A stretch of DNA of 63,943 nt, counting the filler. It is 6 parts of 6 records of this genome, joined end to end, with 100 filler letters (N's around TTAATTAATTAA, not from the genome) between each part and the next. Parts side by side here need not be neighbours in the genome. Positions count along the whole stretch, not along the records: positions 50,693 to 58,837 come from DRR723986_4899; positions 58,938 to 63,943 come from DRR723986_5558; 4 more parts are not named here. One strand, 5' to 3'. The position numbers were made by a program, and so were the translations under genes. A model generated the notes under the pieces. It did no database searches. It had not been told where the DNA came from and saw only the letters and a program-made list of their open reading frames with translations. Below are positions 58,397 to 63,943 of this stretch, one piece after another. Positions within the stretch are counted from its first letter, which is position 1; each line of letters begins with the position of its first letter.

Positions 58397-58837
58397 TTGC
58401 CCAACGATACGAACATGATGCCTGATCTTCTGCCCGGCGCTCATATTGATGCCGCCAAGTATGAAGAGATGTATGCCGCCTCGATCAACGACCCGGAAGC
58501 CTTCTGGGGTGAACACGGCAAGCGCATCGACTGGATCAAGCCTTACTCCACGGTCAAGAACACCTCTTTCGCGCATGACGATGTTCACGTTCGCTGGTAC
58601 GAAGACGGCACCCTGAACGTTGCCGCCAACTGCATCGACCGTCATCTGGCCACCCGTGGTGATCAGACCGCGATCATCTTTGAACCGGACGAGCCGGGCG
58701 ATGAGGCGCAGCACATCACTTATAACAAGCTGTCCGAGGAAGTGGGCCGCTTTGCCAACGTTTTGAAGGAATGCGGTGTCACCAAGGGCGACCGCGTCGT
58801 TCTGTATCTGCCGATGATCCCCGAGGCCGCCTATGCG
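58397..58837 (+). CDS. acs: Acetyl-CoA synthetase (5' fragment)
   Basis: [41 protein letters not shown] start after AAGGGAG SD. Confidence 0.95.
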
Positions 58838-58937
58838 NNNNNNNNNNNNNNNNNNNNNNNNNNNNNNNNNNNNNNNNNNNNTTAATTAATTAANNNNNNN
58901 NNNNNNNNNNNNNNNNNNNNNNNNNNNNNNNNNNNNN
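58838..58937. other. Artificial contig spacer
   Basis: N-run, TTAATTAATTAA, N-run. Confidence 0.99.
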
Positions 58938-58938
58938 G

Positions 58939-59097
58939 GCGGCGCGGTGGGGGGTGAAGCTGGCCTTGATGCGCGACCCCGCGCTGACCGGCACCACCTT
59001 CGAGATGGACCGCGAGATCCTGCCGCCGCGCAGCCTGAAGCGGAAGCTCAAGGACGCGATGCTGATGCGCAGGCCCCGACCGCGGAGCCTGCGGTGA
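58939..59097 (+). CDS. 3' fragment of an unidentified gene
   Basis: GC3-rich frame AARWGVKLALMRDPALTGTTFEMDRE...SLR*. Confidence 0.5.
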   Translation, partial: AARWGVKLALMRDPALTGTTFEMDREILPPRSLKRKLKDAMLMRRPRPRSLR

Positions 59098-59099
59098 TG

Positions 59100-59873
59100 T
59101 CAGCCTTCCTGACGCGACAGCCGCAGCGCCGCGGCGCGGGCCATCTGCCGGGGCAGGATGGCCATGCACTTCAGATAGCGCTTGGTCATCCGCTTGGGAT
59201 TGGAGAGCATCCGCCAGAGCCACTCCATCGCCACCGCCTGCACCCATTCCGGCGCGCGGCGCTGGCTACCGGCGAAGAAGTCCAGCCCGGCCCCGATCGA
59301 GGCAAAGCCGACGCCCGGCGCCACGCGACGACCCAGCGCGGCAAAGATCTCCTGCTTGGGCGCGCCCAGCGCCACGAAGCACAGGCCGGCGCCCGAGGCT
59401 TCGATCTGACGCAGCATCGCCTCTGCCTCTGGTCCCGCCGGGTCGAAGCCCATGGGCGGCGCGATGCAGCAGACGACGTTCAGGCCGCGCAGTTCCGCTT
59501 CCATATGGGCCTTGGCCTCGGCCAGCGACTCTTCGGTGGACCCGAACAGCGCCACGGTCACGCCCACGTTCGACGCCATGCGCGCCAGCGGGATGATCAT
59601 GTCCGAGCCGGGGATCAGCTTCACCGGACGCCCCGCAAGCCGCGACATCCAGACGACGGGGTTGCCGTCGGCGGTGATGAAGTCCTGCGCCGCATAGGCG
59701 TCGCGGAAGGCGCCCGGCTCGCGCAGCTTCACGAGATGGTCGAGATTGAGCGTGGCAAGGGCAAAGCCCTCTCGACGCTCCATACGGGTCACGACATTAT
59801 CCGCCAGCGCGTACCAGTCCGGCACGTTCACCTGGATCGGTTGATTATCGAACGAGAACAGCATTCCCTTCAT
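59100..59873 (-). CDS. WecB/TagA/CpsF (GT26) glycosyltransferase
   Basis: ADGNPVVW, GSD, VALGAPKQE, RAPEW..MEWLWR; AAGGAGG SD. Confidence 0.95.
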   Translation of the reverse strand: MKGMLFSFDNQPIQVNVPDWYALADNVVTRMERREGFALATLNLDHLVKLREPGAFRDAYAAQDFITADGNPVVWMSRLAGRPVKLIPGSDMIIPLARMASNVGVTVALFGSTEESLAEAKAHMEAELRGLNVVCCIAPPMGFDPAGPEAEAMLRQIEASGAGLCFVALGAPKQEIFAALGRRVAPGVGFASIGAGLDFFAGSQRRAPEWVQAVAMEWLWRMLSNPKRMTKRYLKCMAILPRQMARAAALRLSRQEG

Positions 59874-60099
59874 GCGACCTCCTTGGCCTACGCAGAAAAC
59901 GGTGTTGCGGGCAGTCCTCGTCCATGCGCCAAGATGACGTTGGACCTGCTTCCCAGCCCCGTTTCCAAATTGCGCCCCCCCAGCGCCAAATTCCTGCCTC
60001 ATTTCTCTGCCTTTTGCGGGGTTATTCCAAGGTGGAAAAAATTCGACCGTACGTCAGAGTCGGGAAACAGTCTGTCCACGCTGGCCGGGGGATTTGGCC

Positions 60100-61227
60100 G
60101 TGCATGACGAAATTATCCTTTTGGGCTGCGGGTTTGTGGCCGATTTGTACATGCACTCGCTCCGCGCGACGGGGGGGATCCGGGTTTCTGGCGCCCACGA
60201 CCGGAACCCCGAAAGGCAGAAACAATTTTGTGATGCGTGGGGAATTGTTCCGCGCGACTCGATAAATGCCCTTTTGACCGAGTCGCCGGGCGCCTTGGTG
60301 CTGAACCTGACCAACCCGTCAGAGCATTTCGCGACGACTCGGACCTGCCTCGAAGCGGGGCATCCGGTCTATTCGGAGAAGCCTCTGGCCATGACGCTGG
60401 AGGAGGCGAAGGCGCTGCACGCCTTGGCGGCGGAGAAGGGGCTGGCGCTGGCCTCTGCGCCCTGTTCGGCGCTGGGCGAGGCGGCGCAGACGCTGGGCCA
60501 CGCGCTGCGGAAGGGCCTCGCCGGCACCCCGCGCGCGATCTACGCGGAACTCGACGACGGTTTCATCCCGCAGGCGGCCCATGACAAGTGGCGCTCGGAC
60601 ACCGGCGCGCCCTGGCCCGCCGAGGACGAATTCCGCGTCGGCTGCACGCTGGAACATGCGGGCTACTACCTGACGTGGCTGATCTCGTGGTTCGGGCCGG
60701 TGCGCCGCGTGGTGGCCGCCAGCGCCGAGACCATTCCGCCCGCCGACAAGGGCGGCGGCGGCCCCTATGCGCCCGACGTCTCTGTCGCGGTGCTTTATTT
60801 CGAGAACGGGCCGGTGACGCGGCTGACCTGCTCCATCGTCGCGCCGCATGACCACGGCATCCGCATCGTCGGGGACAAGGGCGTGCTGTCCTGCAAGGCC
60901 GCGTGGGACAACGAGGCCAAGGTGCGCTTTGCCCGCCGCCTGACCCTGCGCCGCCGGTTGATGGAGCATCCGTTTCCGTCCCGCGTGAAGCTGCCCGGCC
61001 CGACGCACCCCAAGGTGAAGCGCTGGGGCGCGGCGGCGATGAACTTCATGCTCGGCCCCGCCGATGTGCTGGAGGCCGCGCGGGAGGGCCGGCCCTGCCG
61101 CCTGTCCAACGATTTCGCCCTGCACCTGACCGAAGTCACGCTGGCGATCCAGAACGCGCGCGAGGGCGCGGCGGTGGACATGACCACCCGCTGCGAGGCG
61201 ATGGAGCCGATGCCATGGGCGACCTGA
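60100..61227 (+). CDS. Gfo/Idh/MocA family oxidoreductase
   Basis: LGCGFVA, NLTNP..H, YSEKPLA. Confidence 0.92.
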   Translation: MHDEIILLGCGFVADLYMHSLRATGGIRVSGAHDRNPERQKQFCDAWGIVPRDSINALLTESPGALVLNLTNPSEHFATTRTCLEAGHPVYSEKPLAMTLEEAKALHALAAEKGLALASAPCSALGEAAQTLGHALRKGLAGTPRAIYAELDDGFIPQAAHDKWRSDTGAPWPAEDEFRVGCTLEHAGYYLTWLISWFGPVRRVVAASAETIPPADKGGGGPYAPDVSVAVLYFENGPVTRLTCSIVAPHDHGIRIVGDKGVLSCKAAWDNEAKVRFARRLTLRRRLMEHPFPSRVKLPGPTHPKVKRWGAAAMNFMLGPADVLEAAREGRPCRLSNDFALHLTEVTLAIQNAREGAAVDMTTRCEAMEPMPWAT

Positions 61228-62225
61228 GCGATGTCCCCATCGCCGTCACCGGGGCGAACGGCTTTGTCGGACGGGCCTGCGTGGCCGAGGCACGGCGGCG
61301 CGGGCATCCGGTGCTGGCACTCTGCCGCAGCGCACCGCTGTCGGAATGGGCAGGGGACGCGGGCATCACGGTCGCGCGGATCGACCTTGCGACCGAGGCT
61401 GACCGCCTTCCTGCGCTGCTGCAACCGGCCGGGGCGCTGATCCATGCCGCCGCCTTCATGGGCGACGACCCGCAGGTTCTGGCGCGCGACACGCTGGCCG
61501 CCACCGGCGCGGTGCTCGCGGCCTGCCGCGCCGCCGATCTGCGGCTGGTGTTGGTCTCGTCCCTTGCGGTCTACGACACCGATGCCTTGTCCCCGGGCGA
61601 TGCCGTGACGGAGGCCAGCCCGCTGATCGCCCTGCCGCCCGATGCGCTGTCGCAGCCAGAGACCGGCCTGCGCGGCGCCCGCGACCCCTACGCCGGGGCC
61701 AAGCGCCTGCAAGAGGCGATGATGGCGGAGGCCGGCCCCCTCGATGGCTGGATCCTGCGCCCCGGCGCGGTCTGGGGGCCGGGGCGGTCGTGGCACGCGC
61801 TTCAGGGGTTCTGGGCGTCGAAGCTTTTCGTCACCATCGGCTCGGACGGGGAGCTGCCGCTGGCCCATGTGGACCACGTCGCCCGCGTCGCGGTGGATTG
61901 CGCGCGGACCGCTCCGCAGGGCGTCTCGGTCCTGAACGTCTTCGACGACGACCGCCCGACGCGGGCGCGGTTCCTGAAGGCGCACCGCCGCTGCTACGGC
62001 TGGCCGCGCCTGAACGTCACCGTGCCCTTCGGCGCTTGGCTGGCGCTGGTGCGCCTGCTGAAACCCGCAGCGCATCGCCTGCCGGGCCTCTTCCGGGAGC
62101 CGATCCTGCGCGCCCGCATGATGCCCCTGCGCTACCCGAACACCGCCCTCCGCAGCGCCTTCCCGGGCGAGGACCGCGACACCTTCGAGGGCCTGATGGC
62201 CCGCACCCGCGAGGCCGAGACATGA
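61215..62225 (+). CDS. NAD-dependent epimerase/dehydratase (extended SDR)
   Basis: VTGANGFVG, VSSLAVY, YAGAK, LRPGAVWGPG. Confidence 0.9.
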   Translation: MGDLSDVPIAVTGANGFVGRACVAEARRRGHPVLALCRSAPLSEWAGDAGITVARIDLATEADRLPALLQPAGALIHAAAFMGDDPQVLARDTLAATGAVLAACRAADLRLVLVSSLAVYDTDALSPGDAVTEASPLIALPPDALSQPETGLRGARDPYAGAKRLQEAMMAEAGPLDGWILRPGAVWGPGRSWHALQGFWASKLFVTIGSDGELPLAHVDHVARVAVDCARTAPQGVSVLNVFDDDRPTRARFLKAHRRCYGWPRLNVTVPFGAWLALVRLLKPAAHRLPGLFREPILRARMMPLRYPNTALRSAFPGEDRDTFEGLMARTREAET

Positions 62226-63466
62226 GCCTGCCGCACATCGCCTACCTGACCGGAGAGTATCCGCGCGCCTCTGACACCTTCATCCAGCGCGAGGTCGCCG
62301 CCCTGCGCGCGCTTGGGCACCCGGTCGAGACCTGCTCGATCCGCACCACCGGCGCGGAACACCTCGTCGGGCCGGAACAGCGCGAGGAACATACGCGGAC
62401 CTTCAAGGTGCTGGCGGCCTGCACGTCGCCCCGCCGCTTCCTTTCGGCCCACCTGCGCTGGATGCAGCAACCGGGCCGCTACCTGCGGGCGCTCGCGCTG
62501 GCGTGGCGGACGGCACCCAAGGGGATCAAGGGACGGCTCTACAACCTCATCTACTTTGCCGAGGCCGCCGTGCTGGCCGACCACCTCGCGCAGCGCGGCG
62601 TCGAACATCTGCACAACCACATCGCCAAGGCGTCCTGCACCGTGGCCATGCTGGCCTCGGAACTGTCCGGCATCCCCTACAGCTTTACCATCCACGGCCC
62701 CGACATCTTCTTCGAGCCGCACCATTGGCGGATCGACGAAAAGGCCGCGCGGGCGCGCTTCGTCGCCTGCATCAGCGACTTCTGCCGGTCGCAGCTGATG
62801 TGCTTTGCCGTGCAGAAGCACTGGGACCGCTTCCACATCATCCACTGCGGCGTCGATCCGGCCCGTTATCGCCCCGCCGCGCACGAGGGGCAGGAGTTGC
62901 TCTTCGTCGGACGGCTGGCGGCGGTGAAGGGCGTGCCGGTGCTGCTGGAGGCCGTGGCCGCGCTGAAGCCACAGTTCCCGGCGCTGCGCCTGACCCTGAT
63001 CGGCGATGGCCCCGACCGCGCCGCGCTCGAGGCGCAGGCCCGCGCGCTGGGGCTGGGCGAGACCGTGCGTTTCCTCGGCTACCGCAGCCAGTCCGAGGTC
63101 GCCGAGGCGCTGTCCGAGACCGATGTCTTCACCCTGCCCAGCTTTGCCGAGGGCGTGCCCGTGGTCCTGATGGAGGCGCTGGCCTCTCGCGTTCCGGTGG
63201 TCACGACGCAGATCGCGGGGGTGCCGGAACTGGTGCGGGACGGCGCCAGCGGGCGGCTGGTGCCGCCGGGCGACACGCAGGCGCTGGAATGGGCGATCGC
63301 ATCGCTCTTGCGCTCCGGCAGTCTGCGGCAGACCATGGGCGCCGAGGGCCGCGCCCGGGTCGAAGAGGCCTATGACGTGACCCTCGAGGCCGCGCGCCTC
63401 TCGTCCCTGTTCTGCGGCTATATCGACGGCAGACCCATGCCGCGCCGCCCGGAGGTGCCGCAATGA
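62222..63466 (+). CDS. GT4 glycosyltransferase (WcaL-like)
   Basis: SDTFIQREV, FVGRLAAVKG, PSFAEGVPVVLMEA. Confidence 0.95.
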   Translation: MSLPHIAYLTGEYPRASDTFIQREVAALRALGHPVETCSIRTTGAEHLVGPEQREEHTRTFKVLAACTSPRRFLSAHLRWMQQPGRYLRALALAWRTAPKGIKGRLYNLIYFAEAAVLADHLAQRGVEHLHNHIAKASCTVAMLASELSGIPYSFTIHGPDIFFEPHHWRIDEKAARARFVACISDFCRSQLMCFAVQKHWDRFHIIHCGVDPARYRPAAHEGQELLFVGRLAAVKGVPVLLEAVAALKPQFPALRLTLIGDGPDRAALEAQARALGLGETVRFLGYRSQSEVAEALSETDVFTLPSFAEGVPVVLMEALASRVPVVTTQIAGVPELVRDGASGRLVPPGDTQALEWAIASLLRSGSLRQTMGAEGRARVEEAYDVTLEAARLSSLFCGYIDGRPMPRRPEVPQ

Positions 63467-63943
63467 CGCCCGTGGATGTGGTCCTGATCGGCCGGAACGA
63501 GGGCGCGCGCCTTGTCGCCGCGCTCGACTCTGTGCGGGGCAAGGCGCGGCAGGTGGTCTATGTCGACAGCGGCTCCACCGACCGCTCGGTGGCAGAGGCC
63601 GAGGCGCGCGGCGCCACGGTCGTCCGTCTCGACATGTCGGTGCCCTTCACCGCCGCCCGCGCCCGCAACGCCGGTTTCGACGCGCTGGAGGATCCGCAGA
63701 TCGTGCAGTTCATCGACGGCGACTGCGCGCTGGTGGAAGGCTGGCTGGACGCCGGGCGGGCGTTTCTGGAAACCCACCCCGAGGTCGGCATGGTCACCGG
63801 CTGGCGGTCCGAGATCCACCGCGATGCCAGCATCTACAACCAGCTCTGCGATTTCGAATGGCGCCGTCCCGCCGGAGAGATCCTCGCCTGCGGCGGTGAC
63901 ATGATGGTGCGGGCCGAGGTCTGGCGGCAGGTCGGCGGCATGA
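63463..63943 (+). CDS. GT2 glycosyltransferase (3' truncated)
   Basis: MTPVDVVLIGRNEG, YVDSGSTD, ARARNAG, QFIDGDC; ATGA overlap; missed by the ORF track. Confidence 0.92.
   Translation, partial: MTPVDVVLIGRNEGARLVAALDSVRGKARQVVYVDSGSTDRSVAEAEARGATVVRLDMSVPFTAARARNAGFDALEDPQIVQFIDGDCALVEGWLDAGRAFLETHPEVGMVTGWRSEIHRDASIYNQLCDFEWRRPAGEILACGGDMMVRAEVWRQVGGM

Noticed and set aside
12676-58937. Recurring TTAATTAATTAA palindromes and ORFs running into N-runs
   Set aside because: Artificial contig linkers; adjacency across them is meaningless.

Overview
The window is six unrelated contigs joined by artificial N44-TTAATTAATTAA-N44 spacers, so nothing should be read across the joins. Contig A (1-12675, about 50% GC, probably FCB group) carries a GT-C-like membrane protein, a HugZ-like protein, a glutaminyl cyclase, an atypical two-component pair and a CBM/TlpA-like lipoprotein. 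It also has an unexplained locus: a wHTH-TPR-like protein, a divergent 70-aa exported protein, a shared dyad motif and hairpin-rich non-coding DNA. Contig B (12776-25026, Rhizobiales, Roseibium/Labrenzia-like) is the origin-proximal leuS-lptE-holA / parB-parA-rsmG-mnmG-mnmE-GNAT-GNAT-rho region. It contains eight parS sites, and all seven intergenic ones carry the same substitution that creates a GANTC (CcrM) site. Contigs C-F are Rhodobacteraceae-like: C has rlmN, amidase, a Ubi hydroxylase, GST and MscS; D has dnaG, soxBDAG, a probable (R)-amine transaminase, gdh, tad pseudopilins and pirin; E has tesA-ybbAP, a degenerate phosphatase, LysR and acs; F is an exopolysaccharide cluster. No CRISPR array, rRNA, tRNA or transposase was recognised. 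Taxonomy and family calls come from motif recognition by eye, not database searches.
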